A stretch of 64,000 bases of DNA from Macrostomum lignano (taxonomy: Eukaryota): assembly GCA_002269645.1 (NCBI GenBank), contig NIVC01002479.1, forward strand, positions 62,001 through 126,000, given 5' to 3'. How positions within the stretch are numbered: the stretch's first letter is position 1; each line of letters begins with the position of its first letter. Below are positions 47,181-61,186 of the stretch, in pieces. The position numbers and the translations under genes were made by a program. The notes under the pieces were generated by a model, which was not told where the DNA came from, did not search any database, and was given only the letters and a program-made list of their open reading frames with translations.

Positions 47181-49100
47181 ACACACACATTAAAGCATAT
47201 CCGACACATATTAAAGCACACCTGACACACATATTAAAGCACACCTGACACACACATTAAAGCACACCTGACACACATTAAAGCACACCTGACACACATA
47301 TTAAAGCACACCTGACACACATTAAAGCACACCTGACACACACATTAAAGCACACCTGACACACACATTAAAGCACACCTGACACACACATTAAAGCACA
47401 CCTGACACACATATTAAAGCACACTTGACACACACATTAAAGCACACCTGACACACATATTAAAGCACACCTGACACACATATTAAAGCACACCTGACAC
47501 ACACATATTAAAGCACACCTGACACACACATTAAAGCACACTTGACACACATATTAAAGCACACCTGACACACATATTAAAGCACACCTGACACACACAT
47601 TAAAGCACACCTGACACACATTAAAGCACACCTGACACACACATTAAAGCACACCTGACACACATATTAAAGCACACCTGACACACACATTAAAGCATTA
47701 AAGCACACCTGACACACATTAAAGCACACCTGACACACATATTAAAGCACACCTGACACACATATTAAAGCACACCTGACACACACATTAAAGCACACCT
47801 GACACACATATTAAAGCACACCTGACACACACATTAAAGCACACCTGACACACACATTAAAGCACACCTGACACACACATTAAAGCACACCTGACACACA
47901 CATTAAAGCACACCTGACACACATATTAAAGCACACCTGACACACATATTAAAGCACACCTGACACACACATTAAAGCACACCTGACACACATATTAAAG
48001 CACACCTGACACACATATTAAAGCACACCTGACACACACATTAAAGCACACCTGACACACATATTAAAGCACACCTGACACACATATTAAAGCACACCTG
48101 ACACACACATTAAAGCACACCTGACACACACATTAAAGCACACCTGACACACATATTAAAGCACACCTGACACACATATTAAAGCACACCTGACACACAT
48201 ATTAAAGCACACCTGACACACACATTAAAGCACACCTGACACACACATTAAAGCACACCTGACACACACATTAAAGCACACCTGACACACATATTAAAGC
48301 ACACCTGACACACACATTAAAGCACACCTGACACACACATTAAAGCACACCTGACACACATATTAAAGCACACCTGACACACATATTAAAGCACACCTGA
48401 CACACACATTAAAGCACACCTGACACACATATTAAAGCACACCTGACACACACATTAAAGCACACCTGACACACACATTAAAGCACACCTGACACACACA
48501 TTAAAGCACACCTGACACACACATTAAAGCACACCTGACACACATATTAAAGCACACCTGACACACATATTAAAGCACACCTGACACACACATTAAAGCA
48601 CACCTGACACACATATTAAAGCACACCTGACACACATATTAAAGCACACCTGACACACACATTAAAGCACACCTGACACACATATTAAAGCACACCTGAC
48701 ACACATATTAAAGCACACCTGACACACACATTAAAGCACACCTGACACACACATTAAAGCACACCTGACACACATATTAAAGCACACCTGACACACATAT
48801 TAAAGCACACCTGACACACATATTAAAGCACACCTGACACACACATTAAAGCACACCTGACACACACATTAAAGCACACCTGACACACACATTAAAGCAC
48901 ACCTGACACACATATTAAAGCACACCTGACACACACATTAAAGCACACCTGACACACACATTAAAGCACACCTGACACACATATTAAAGCACACCTGACA
49001 CACATATTAAAGCACACCTGACACACATATTAAAGCACACCTGACACACACATTAAAGCATACCTGACACACACATTAAAACATACCTGACACACCTGAC
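47180..49100. repeat. Minisatellite, 21-23-bp unit CACCTGACACACA(T/C)ATTAAAGCA
   Basis: Abuts the 19-bp array and shares the core CACCTGACACACA. Confidence 0.97.
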
Positions 49101-49149
49101 ACTCAAAACCCCCCGCCATTCGCTCCCGTATAATCCGGCTTGCACTCAC

Positions 49150-49514
49150 CGCTCAACGCACACGGTTGTCAAGGTGATTACCGACGTATAAAACGCAGCG
49201 GTCATGATGAAGCGCAGCAGCTTGCAGGCGGCCAGCCCGAGGAACCAGTGCTGCGAGGCCAACCGGAAGCCGATTTCCGCCAGAGCCAGCAGCAACGACA
49301 GCAGGTCGGAGCAGGCCAGGTTGAGGATGTACAAATTCGTCACCGAGGCGCGCATCCTCTTGTCCATCAGGATGGTGACGATGACCAGGCTGTTGCCGAA
49401 CAGTCCCACCAGCATGATGGCCAGGTACAGCGCCGAGACCAGGACGGTGGCGCCAAGAGATGTGGCGCCCACGCTGACAGGCGCGCTGCCATTGAGAACC
49501 GGAGTGGCGTTCAT
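49150..49514 (-). CDS. Neuropeptide GPCR, exon 1 (N-terminus, TM1-TM3)
   Basis: MNATPVLNGS (N-glycosylation sequons), GLFGNSLVI, NLYILNLACSDLL, CKLLRF...TTVCVE-R. Donor GAGCG|GTGAGT is phase 2 and completes ERY with exon 2. The three exons total 1329 nt = 442 aa plus stop. Confidence 0.92.
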
Positions 49515-49929
49515 TGTTTCTCGACGCTTGACTTAGAGGAAGCTGCTGCGTTTCAGGGTTCGATGAGGTCCGCTGGGGCGCTGGACACAGCTGCTGCAGC
49601 TTAGCTTTTATTTTAAGCCCGGTGGGGAGCTGCGAGAGAGACGGCCTGGGCTGGCTGGGATTGGTCCGGCTGCCCTGCCGGCTGTCATGACCTGCAGAGA
49701 CAATTCGAAGGTGTCCTCGACAAGCAGCTAACAAAAATCGATAATCATTGTCGCAAGGCCTTTTCAGAAGGCAAATATCTACACACCTGACTCAGCGGGG
49801 GATGTCATGGCAACAGGCAGCGTCCGAAACACTGTAGACAAATTGAGCCGACATGCCCAGAATCTCAACCGGAAGGGTCACGTGTCACACTATCTGACCG
49901 ATCCGTCTTGAAAGTCTTCAATATTGTCT

Positions 49930-51045
49930 ATGGCAAGGAATGCGACCACGCAGCCAAGTCTTGAATTTATCGAATTATCGTCTCTTTGACTGCGAAACCG
50001 AAATTATAGAATTGGGCAAGAACTTTGTCAACACCCCTTACACTGGACGAGCTTCAATCCCCAACATCAACTTGGACAAGCGGCGCTCTCACGGGGACTT
50101 TTTTGAAATCCTAGACAAGATCAGTATTCCAAGAATCATACACACAACATGCCAAGCCTTCAGGAGCAGGAGAGAATGGCACTGAAGACTCTTCGAGGCA
50201 ACAGCAGCATCGTCATTAAACCTGCCGACAAGGGCAGCAATATAGTCATCATGAAGCTCTCCAACAGGAACCTTCTACCAACCTCTTGACTTCGCAATGA
50301 GCACCCAGACCAGTGCCATTATCAAAACCATTTTTCAATACTCGCAATTTTTTATCTCGTCTCGGACTGCAGCTCGGAAAGTTACGTGAGTGCCAAATTT
50401 ATCGATCTCTTCCTACAAGACTCCTTCATCCGAGACACGGACCCCTTTCCAAGCTGCTGTCAATCATTTGATTTTTGACTAAGACGAAAATGCCTTTCTG
50501 GTTACAATGGATGTTGAATCCCTGTACTCCAATAATCCTACTGAGAAGGGGACGGACGTCATTAGAGATGCCTTTCAAAAAGTTCCGCAAACCTCAAGGC
50601 CACGTAACCATCTACTTGTGCACCTGGACATTAACTTCAACGAAAAAGATTTTGTTTTTCAACGACGCGCGCTATCTTCAAGTCAAAGGCACATGCATGG
50701 GAAAGGCCTTTGCGCCATCCTACGCCAACATCTTTATGTCTGCCTAGGAATCCGTCCCACTCACGGTGCAATACAGCAGAGAGAAGCTTCACTTCCTGGA
50801 CTGCCGGGTCAGTCTGATTGACGAAGTCAATAACACAAAGAGACTTTCGTGCTCGATCTACTTCAAACCCACCGATTCACGCCAGCTCTTGCATCCGGAG
50901 TGATTTCACCCAAAGCAAACATTCAAGGTTATGTTGAAAGCTCAGTTCCTCCGTTACGCTCGTACGCTCGCCGTTGCACGTTTAAAGACGACTTTGATGA
51001 AGCCAGCAGAAGCCTAACAAGCATCCTGAAGATTCAAAGTTGCTC
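49930..51045 (+). mobile_element. Decayed Penelope-like element reverse transcriptase fragment
   Basis: Frameshifted motifs in RT order: LRGNSSIVIKPADKGSNIVIM, FLVTMDVESLYSN, YLQVKGTCMGKAFAPSYANIFM, LHFLDC, YFKPTDS. No YxDD motif was seen. Ends in (ATCT)n. Confidence 0.8.
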
Positions 51046-51056
51046 TGATTGCTTAA

Positions 51057-51682
<626 letters not shown>

Positions 51683-52483
51683 CATCCGTTTTTATAAAGA
51701 AAACTTCACATTCTAGCTTTCTTAAGCCTCTGGAAAAACTCTAATCAAGTCAAGTGAGTTTAGACCTGTCAGCTTAAAATTGTAAGGTCAAAGTTCGCGA
51801 TGAGATGCAGCTTTCAATCGGATTTGTCAATCAGACTCATTCGTCTTTTCAGTCAAATTTCTCTAATGAATTGTCATCATTAGACAATGCTAATCAGCTT
51901 TGTAGGCAGAAAAGAAAACATTTTGCGATTCTTGTTGACTTTTGTTCGATTTTTAACGCACTTGGAACAGCATCAGAAGCACACTACTGCTAGTGGCAGC
52001 AACAGTTTCTGACTGCTTTTTCTGTAGTTTTTACTTTTCTAGGTTTTCCGGGGACCGCATCCAGATTACAGCATCTAAATTTGTTCGTGGTCGAGCAGGT
52101 GGTCGAGAGCGGCCTGCTTGACAACGCCGAGAATGTATCAGAGTGTACAGTGGCCCTGACTTTCAAATCGTCCGGCATGTACACACTCTGCGCCTTGGGG
52201 GTTGTGCCCAAGTTGTGGCTAACTTCTTATTCAGCAAATTCTACTGGGCCTTGAGTCCATTACTACACCGCCCACGAAAGACTTCGGGCATCGGTTGCCT
52301 GCAGTGTCTCTGATGACTAATTCCGACAGCCAATGGCAGGCGCTCAAACCTGAGCAATATGAAGGAAAATTCAATTTAAAAAAATCCCAATTTCTGGGGG
52401 ATCATTGCAGCGGCGGCGCTCTCAGCTTTTTTGTAAAGCATAGAAAAAAACTATTAAGACTATCAACCGTTAAGCGTCGCACA

Positions 52484-53846
52484 ATGCATTCTGCGTCACT
52501 AACGTTAATTGCTCTCCTGACCGTGTCCTGCTGCCTGCTAGGTGAGCATTTTCTAATTATAGTCGCTAATTAATGCACTAATTAAGTTTTTCTTAATAAA
52601 ACTATTTGTATCTATTTCAGAAGTATTGTCTGAGACAAGTTACAATACGAATGGTAAGCCGCAGCTGCAGTCATAATTTCTTTCGTTTCACGTACCCTTT
52701 TTGTATTGATCGTTTGGCTTACAGATGAGGAACCTCACCTTGGGAGACAGGCAGATGGACACCATTGGTACAGGTATTGCTGGTCTGCGAATTGTCTAGT
52801 TACATTTCATGCCTATGCCCAACCTGTGCCCAACTTGTACTCAATCTATACTCAACCTACACTCAACCTGTGCTCAACCTATGCTCAACCTGTGCTCAAC
52901 CTATACTCAGCATACTCATGCTCAACCTATGCTTAAACTGTGCTCAACCTATGCTAAACCTATGCTAAACCTATGCTCAACCTGTGCTCAACCTATACTT
53001 AACCTATGCTCAACCTGTGCTCAACCTGTGCTCAACCTATACTCAACCTACACTCAACCTATGCTCAACCTGTGCTCAACCTGTGCTCAACCTGTGCTCA
53101 ACCTGTGCTCAACCTATACTCAACCTACACTCAACCTATGCTCAACCTGTGCTCAACCTGTGCTCAACCTGTGCTCAACCTATACTCAGCATACTCATGC
53201 TCAACCTATGCTTAACCTGTGCTCAACCTATGCTAAACCTATGCTAAACCTATGCTCAACCTGTGCTCAACCTATACTTAACCTATGCTCAACCTGTGCT
53301 CAACCTGTGCTCAACCTATACTCAACCTACACTCAACCTATGCTCAACCTGTGCTCAACCTGTGCTCAACCTGTGCTCAACCTGTGCTCAACCTATACTC
53401 AACCTACACTCAACCTATGCTCAACCTGTGCTCAACCTGTGCTCAACCTGTGCTCAACCTATACTCAGCATACTCATGCTCAACCTATGCTTAACCTGTG
53501 CTCAACCTATGCTAAACCTATGCTCAACCTGTGCTCAACCTGTGCTCAACCTGTGCTCAACCTATACTCAGCATACTCATGCTCAACCTATGCTTAACCT
53601 GTGCTCAACCTGTGCTCAACCTATGCTAAACCTATGCTCAACCTGTGCTCAACCTATACTCAACCTATGCTCAACCTGTGCTCAACCTATACTCAACCTA
53701 TGCTCAACCTATACTCAACTTGTGCTCAACCTAGCAGGCAGTCGCCGAGCGTCGGTCCCATGACCTGGGAGGACTTCGTACTGGATCAGCTAATGATGGA
53801 GCGCCAGTATCCAGCAGCCAAGAAGCGGTTCGTGACGGACTGGTAG
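52484..53846 (+). CDS. Small secreted prohormone-like peptide, 82 aa, 4 exons (52484-52541, 52621-52653, 52725-52773, 53738-53846)
   Basis: All junctions are canonical and in phase (CTAG|GTGAGC, tttcag|AA, ATG|GTAAGC, ttacag|AT, CAG|GTATTG, tagcag|G). Product: MHSASLTLIALLTVSCCLLEVLSETSYNTNDEEPHLGRQADGHHWYRQSPSVGPMTWEDFVLDQLMMERQYPAAKKRFVTDW*, with a signal peptide and a KKR site. Confidence 0.75.
52815..53733. repeat. Intronic minisatellite, 11-bp unit CTCAACCT(G/A)T(G/A) (peptide gene intron 3)
   Basis: Tandem copies with higher-order blocks; the last unit ends in the acceptor. Confidence 0.95.
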
Positions 53847-54049
53847 AGCAGCAAGATAAAAGCTTTCACCTTGATTAGCAGATCCCAGACGACTTAATGA
53901 AATCATTAAACCTGCAGAGAGGATCTATTAAAGTCAAAACTCGAAAAAAATGACGAGTCAGTCAATAGGGATAATGATATTTTAATTTTTTTAGAATGTC
54001 AGATCTCTTAATCCTTTTAAAAATATACTCTGTCTACGGTGGTGATATT

Positions 54050-55335
54050 GAATGATAACACCGGTTTATCTGTGAGAATATTGGATGATAACACTAGTTT
54101 ACCTGTGAGAATATAGGATGATAACACCGGTTTACCTGTGAGAATATTGGATGATAACACAGGTTTACCTGCTAGGATATCAAGTAACCCCGGTTCACCT
54201 GTTGGGATATCAAGTAACCTCGGCTCACCTGTTGGGATATCAAGTAACCCCGGTTCACCTGTTGGGATATCAAATAACCCCGGTTTACCTGTTGGGATAT
54301 CAAGTAACCCCGGTTCACCTGTTGGGATATCAAGTAACCTCGGCTCACCTGTTGGGATATCAAGTAACCCCGGTTCACCTGTTGGGATATCAAGTAACCT
54401 CGGCTCACCTGTTGGGATATCAAGTAACCCCGGTTCACCTGTTGGGATATCAAATAACCCCGGTTTACCTGTTGGGATATCAAATAACCCCGGTTTACCT
54501 GTTGGGATATCAAGTAACCCCGGTTTACCTGTTGGGATATCAAGTAACCCCGGTTCACCTGTTGGGATATCAAATAACCCCGGTTTACCTGTTGGGATAT
54601 CAAGTAACCCCGGTTCACCTGTTGGGATATCAAATAACCCCGGTTTACCTGTTGGGATATCAAGTAACCCCGGTTTACCTGTTGGGATATCAAGTAACCT
54701 CGGCTCACCTGTTGGGATATCAAGTAACCCCGGTTCACCTGTTGGGATATCAAATAACCCCGGTTTACCTGTTGGGATATCAAATAACCCCGGTTTACCT
54801 GTTGGGATATCAAGTAACCCCGGTTTACCTGTTGGGATATCAAGTAACCCCGGTTCACCTTTTGGGATATCAAATAACCCCGGTTTACCTGTTGGGATAT
54901 CAAGTAACCCCGGTTTACCTGTTGGGATATCAAATAACCCCGGTTTACCTGTTGGGATATCAAGTAACCCCGGTTCACCTGTTGGGATATCAAGTAACCT
55001 CGGCTCACCTGTTGGGATATCAAGTAACCCCGGTTCACCTGTTGGGATATCAAATAACCCCGGTTTACCTGTTGGGATATCAAATAACCCCGGTTTACCT
55101 GTTGGGATATCAAGTAACCCCGGTTTACCTGTTGGGATATCAAGTAACCCGGTTCACCTGTTGGGATATCAAATAACCCCGGTTTACCTGTTGGGATATC
55201 AAGTAACCCCGGTTCACCTGTTGGGATATCAAATAACCCCGGTTTACCTGTTGGGATATCAAGTAACCCCGGTTTACCTGTTGGGATATCAAGTAACCCC
55301 GGTTTACCTGTTGGGATATCAAGTAACCCCGGTTC
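54050..55335. repeat. Minisatellite, 30-bp unit AAGTAACCCCGGTTCACCTGTTGGGATATC
   Basis: About 40 copies, with degenerate copies at the 5' edge. Confidence 0.96.
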
Positions 55336-55934
55336 ATCGGCTTCGCACTGCTGTAAAACAGCTGTCAATGAAGCCGAATGCAGGTCAGGCTGCAAGGTAG
55401 CAAAGCTCCCCAGTCGCCAAGCTAAAGGCTCGTTAGGAATGATAAACACAGAACGGCAGCTGTGTATCCAACGGAACAAGGTCCTGCGTACTAATCAGGC
55501 AGCTGGTACCCAAGCTTATGAATCGAATTAAAAAAAATGTTCGATTCCACTAAGAGAGATTTGCAGAATTCGCTGTGAAATTCGATAATAGAGAAGGCAA
55601 AGGCAAATTTAATATTCAGCTGAGGATCTGATTGCCATATTAAGTAAGGATTGCTTTCATTGGATTCAGCGAACACGATTGCTACATTCGGGTATCGGAT
55701 TTTAGAACAAAATTTAATTTGCAAAGCAGACTTATTCTCCTCCAGTATTGCCGTGATATTTATAAAATTTTGTACGTTTCTGTGCTTTCTAAAATAATTT
55801 TAGCATCTTTAATAATTTAGCCAACAATTCACTACTACCACTACTACATATAGTAGATGATCGCTAAAATTCGAACTAAAATCTTTCGAAGTAGTGACTC
55901 TAGAATGTTTTTTACAATATGATTACTATGTCCA

Positions 55935-56438
55935 ATGTCCCCGCCTTATGTCTAATGCCCAATGCCCCCGCCTGTCTAATGCCCAATGTCCCCGCCTGTC
56001 TAATGCCCAATGCCCCCGCCTGTCTAATGCCCAATGTCCCCGCCTGTCTAATGCCCAATGTCCCCGCCTGTCTAATGCCCAATGCCCCCGCCTGTCTAAT
56101 GCCCAATGTCCCCGCCTGTCTAATGCCCAATGTCCCCGCCTGTCTAATGCCCAATGTCCCCGCCTGTCTAATGCCCAATGTCCCCGCCTGTCTAATGCCC
56201 AATGCCCCCGCCTGTCTAATGCCCAATGCCCCCGCCTGTCTAATGCCCAATGTCCCCGCCTGTCTAATGCCCAATGTCCCCGCCTGTCTAATGCCAATGC
56301 CCCCGCCTGTCTAATGCCCAATGTCCCCGCCTGTCTAATGCCCAATGTCCCCGCCTGTCTAATGCCCAATGTCCCCGCCTGTCTAATGCCCAATGCCCCC
56401 GCCTGTCTAATGCCCAATGTCCCCGCCTGTCTAATGCC
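55935..56438. repeat. Minisatellite, 24-bp unit TGTCTAATGCCCAATGYCCCCGCC
   Basis: About 21 copies. Confidence 0.96.
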
Positions 56439-56989
56439 CAGTGTCCATGTCCGCCTAATACCCACAATGTGCCCTTTATCCCGATGTTCAATGCCCCCGA
56501 AGATCAATATTTGCCTGGTAAATTCTAAACTAAATTTTCAGATATTAGAAGAAGAGTCAGCAGCCGCCTAGGGAGTCGACGAAAGCCTCTCGGGAAATTC
56601 ACAGCTGCCCATGAGAACCAGCTGAGGCCCGGCTCGAACGGGTGACTGGATGCAGTCGTCACACACGCAAGGACAACGAGAAATTCTTTTCGAGGAAATG
56701 AAAAAATAAATTTTAACAGCGAAGCTGCTGAAGAACACTGGCTGACAGCTTGGAGCCAACAACAAGCAGCTGACAAAATCATTGGATTTCGTTGCTTTAG
56801 CGAGATTTATGAGAAGCTATATACTACAATAGAGTGCGCTGGTGATAGCAACGAGAGACGGAGCGGAGAGATTAGACAGATGAGACGGATATTGGATTGG
56901 TGAGAGTATGGACGGAGACGGGGAGATGCAAAAGGGAAATTGATCAGGGAGGGCAAGATTATGGGAGAGAAAGAGACAAGGGTAGGTTA

Positions 56990-59040
56990 GAGGAGAGAGA
57001 CTGGCAGAGACAGGGAGAGACAGGGAGAGACAGGGAGAGACAGGGAAAGACAGGGAGAGACAGGGAGAGACAGGGAGAAACAGAGAGAGGCAGGGAGAGA
57101 CAGGGAAAGACAGGGAGAGACAGGGAGAGACAGGGAGAGACAGAGAGAGACAGAGAGAGGCAGGGAGAGACAGGGAGAGACAGAGAGAAACAGAGAGAGG
57201 CAGGGAGAGACAGGGAGAGACAGAGAGAAACAGAGAGAGGCAGGGAGAGACAGGGAAAGACAGGGAGAGACAGGGAGAGACAGGGAGAGACAGAGAGAGA
57301 CAGAGAGAGACAGGGAGAGACAGGGAGAGACAGAGAGAAACAGAGAGAGGCAGGGAGAGACAGGGAAAGACAGGGAGAGACAGGGAGAGACAGGGAGAGA
57401 CAGAGAGAGACAGAGAGAGGCAGGGAGAGAGACAGGGAGAGACAGGGAGAGACAGGGAGAGACAGGGGGAGACAAGGAGAGACAGGGAGAGAGACAGGGA
57501 AAGACAGAGAGAGACAGAGAGAGGCAGGGAGAGAGACAGGGAGAGACAGAGAGAGGCAGGGAGAGACAGGGAAAGACAGGGAGAGACAGGGAGAGACAGG
57601 GAGAGACAGAGAGAGACAGAGAGAGGCAGGGAGAGAGACAGGGAGAGACAGGGAGAGACAGGGAGAGACAGGGGGAGACAAGGAGAGACAGGGAGAGAGA
57701 CAGGGAAAGACAGAGAGAGACAGAGAGAGGCAGGGAGAGAGACAGGGAGAGACAGAGAGAGGCAGGGAGAGACAGGGAGAGACAGGGAGAGACAAGGAGA
57801 GACAGGGAGAGAGGCAGGGAGAGACAGAGAGAGGCAGGGAGGGGCAGGGAGAGACAGGGAAAGACAGAGAGAGACAGGGAGAGACAGGGAGAGACAGGGA
57901 GAGACAGGGAGAGACAGGGACAGACAAGGAGAGACAGGGAGAGACAGGGAGAGACAGGGAGAGACAGGGAGAGACAGGGAGAGACAGGGAGGGAGAGACA
58001 GGGACAGACAAGGAGAGACAGGGAGAGACAGGGACAGACAAGGAGAGACAGGGAGAGACAGGGACAGACAAGGAGAGACAGGGAGAGACAGGGAGAGACA
58101 GGGAGAGACAGGGAGAGACAGGGAGAGACAGGGAGAGACAAGGAGAGACAGGGAGAGAGACAGGGAGAGACAGGGAAAGACAGAGAGAGACAGAGAGAGA
58201 CAGGGAGAGACAGGGAAAGACAGGGAAAGACAGAGAGAGACAGGGAGAGACAGGGAGAGACAGGGAAAGACAGAGAGAGACAGAGAGAGGCAGGGAGAGA
58301 GACAGGGAGAGACAGGGAGAGACAGGGAGAGACAGGGGGAGACAAGGAGAGACAGGGAGAGAGACAGGGAAAGACAGAGAGAGACAGAGAGAGGCAGGGA
58401 GAGAGACAGGGAGAGACAGAGAGAGGCAGGGAGAGACAGGGAGAGACAGGGAGAGACAAGGAGAGACAGGGAGAGAGGCAGGGAGAGACAGAGAGAGGCA
58501 GGGAGGGGCAGGGAGAGACAGGGAAAGACAGAGAGAGACAGAGAGAGGCAGGGAGAGAGACAAGGAGAGAGACAGGGAGAGACAGGGAGAGACAGGGAGA
58601 GACAAGGAGAGACAGGGAGAGAGACAGGGAGAGACAGGGAAAGACAGAGAGAGACAGAGAGAGGCAGGGAGAGACAGGGAGAGACAAGGAGAGACAGGGA
58701 GAGAGACAGGGAGAGACAGGGAAAGACAGAGAGAGACAGAGAGAGGCAGGGAGAGAGACAGGGAGAGACAGGGAGAGACAGGGAGAGACAGAGAGAGGCA
58801 GGGAGAGACAGGGAGAGACAGGGAGAGACAAGGAGAGACAGGGAGAGAGACAGGGAGAGACAGAGAGAGGCAGGGAGGGGCAGGGAGAGACAGGGAAAGA
58901 CAGAGAGAGACAGAGAGAGGCAGGGAGAGGCAGGGAGAGACAGGGAGAGACAGGGAGAGACAAGGAGAGACAGGGAGAGAGACAGGGAGAGACAGAGAGA
59001 GGCAGGGAGAGAGACAGAGAGAGACAGGGAGGGACAGGAA
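56990..59040. repeat. Purine-rich (GAGACAGGGA)n satellite
   Basis: 10-bp unit with variants and block duplications. Confidence 0.96.
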
Positions 59041-59526
59041 GTGACAGGGGCAGACAGTGTTAAAGGGACAGACAGGCCTGGAAGCGGTGGCAGGCGTCGA
59101 TGCAGTGACGGGTCCAATTAGAATAAAACTGGTCCCAGAACGGCAAACGCGCCAGCCAGTTCAGCTGGGATGCAGATGTGAATGTCTGCCAGAATCAGGC
59201 GCACATCTGAGCAGACAGGCAGGTGAGCCAGCTACTTCCAGCTCAAATCTGTGGCGGTCCACTTTGCGTGTCAGCCGGGATGAGCAGCCCATTGCCCCCC
59301 GAATTATCCTGACCGCTTCTTTTTACCGCGGGATTTTCAAGCACCCTTGCGATCCGCTCCTGTAAAAGGTGCGCTGACTCCAACCTTTGTCACGAGAAAA
59401 TCATTCTAACCCTTCCTGAGCTCGAGTGGGGAAGAACCCACACCGGCCGGAAGGACTGATTTAAGAGCTAATCTCTTAATTGGAACTTGCTGTTCTGCCC
59501 GATAATTTAGCTTTCACCGAAGTGCT

Positions 59527-59690
<164 letters not shown>

Positions 59691-60138
59691 GGGAATCCTG
59701 GGAATCGATATCGCATGAATTTCGAGTCGGCCAGTCAGGCCGCATGCCGGCTGATCTCCCCATTTCCCAAGTCTGTCGTCAGGGCCTGCTCCCCCTCCCA
59801 GATACAGATCCCCAAGCGGGCTTCCACTTCCCAATGAAGCTGTCAACCCCAAACCGCCTTCTCCATCATATCCAGGCTCCGAGCCGCTGCTTCGAGGGAT
59901 CCGGCCACGGGGGCAGCTCAGAAATGATGCATCCCCTCAGCATCGCCTCAGGCTCAGCTGCCGGGCTGACTTCATGGCTGCAGCTGGCATTCGGAGATCA
60001 GGGCAGCCCCGGGACAAATTTTGCTGCAGTCATTTCTTTTGGGCTTCTTTCTGCTTTTAATGGAAGCAAAAAAGCTCGGGTTTGTGATAAAATTGTGACA
60101 AACATGTTGGAGGAGCAGATTGACCTAACAGGTGTAGA

Positions 60139-60748
60139 GGGAGAGATGGGAGAGGGAGATGGGGAGAGGGAGATGGGAGAGGGAGATGGGAGAGGGAGAT
60201 GGGAGAGGGAGATGGGAGAGGGAGATGGGAGAGGGAGATGGGGAGAGGGAGATGGGAGAGGGAGATGGGAGAGGGTGATGGGAGAGGGAGATGGGAGAGG
60301 AGATGGGAGAGGGAGATGGGAGAGGGAGATGGGAGAGGGAGATGGGAGAGGGAGATGGGAGAGGAGATGGGAGAGGGAGATGGGAGAGGAGATGGGAGAG
60401 GGAGATGGGAGAGGGAGATGGGAGAGGGAGATGGGAGAGGGAGATGGGAGAGGGAGATGGGAAAGGGAGATGGGAGAGGGAGATGGGAGAGGGAGATGGG
60501 AGAGGGAGATGGGAGAGGGAGACGGGAGAGGGAGATGGGAAAGGGAGATGGAGAGGGAGATGGAGAGGGAGATGGGAGAGGGAGATGGGAGAGGGAGATG
60601 GGAGAGGGAGATGGGAAAGGGAGATGGGAGAGGGAGATGGAGAGGGAGATGGGAGAGGGAGATGGGAGAGGGAGATGGAGAGGAGAATGGGAGAGGGAGA
60701 TGGGAGAGGGAGATGGGAGAGGGAGATGGGAGAGGGAGATGGGAGAGG
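60139..60748. repeat. (GGGAGAGGGAGAT)n 13-bp satellite
   Basis: Direct reading. Confidence 0.95.
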
Positions 60749-61131
60749 GTACTGCAGCAATGGGTTTGCAGCGTGAACACCAGAGGGACCGAACCGGTCT
60801 GTTATCTCAGCCAAGTCAGATGCTATAAACCTCCACCCCTGACCCCTTCATCCAGAACGTTGCAGACTCGTGCCCGAGATGCATTTAACTGTCCCCATTC
60901 ACTCCATATAGTACTATCCTAATCTCTTTTTGGCTGACCATTCCAGAAGCCATAAAACTCTATCCTTGTCATTGGGGGGCATGGGGGTCTGCATCGATGC
61001 GATTGGCTCTCCCTCATCCTCCCCCTTATTTTCATCCCCGTTATTTAAAAAGCCAACAGAGATTTGCAAGCGGCCTGAGGTGCCTCATTCTGTTTCTCGA
61101 TCCCCGAAGCGCTTGAGCGATTCTCCAATTC

Positions 61132-61186
61132 ATGGCCAGCTTCATTGCTAAGCAACTAGTTGGCAAGCAGATGGACAGTGTTAAAG
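61132..61186 (+). CDS. cpx: Complexin (synaphin), first coding exon; remainder not found in window
   Basis: MASFIAKQLVGKQMDSVK-G followed by a perfect donor AAAG|GTAAGC. Matches the invertebrate complexin N-terminus (MAAFIAKQMVGNQLSAVKG type). Confidence 0.8.

Noticed and set aside
49780-49850. Hammerhead ribozyme upstream of the Penelope-like RT (CTGACTCAG...GGATG/CGTCC-GAAAC...GTA)
   Set aside because: The CUGANGA core is not intact or adjacent to stem II, and I could not form stem I.
59100-59250. Protein-like minus-strand stretch (TFTSASQLNWLARLPFWDQFYSNW)
   Set aside because: No canonical donor, no partner exons and no recognisable family.
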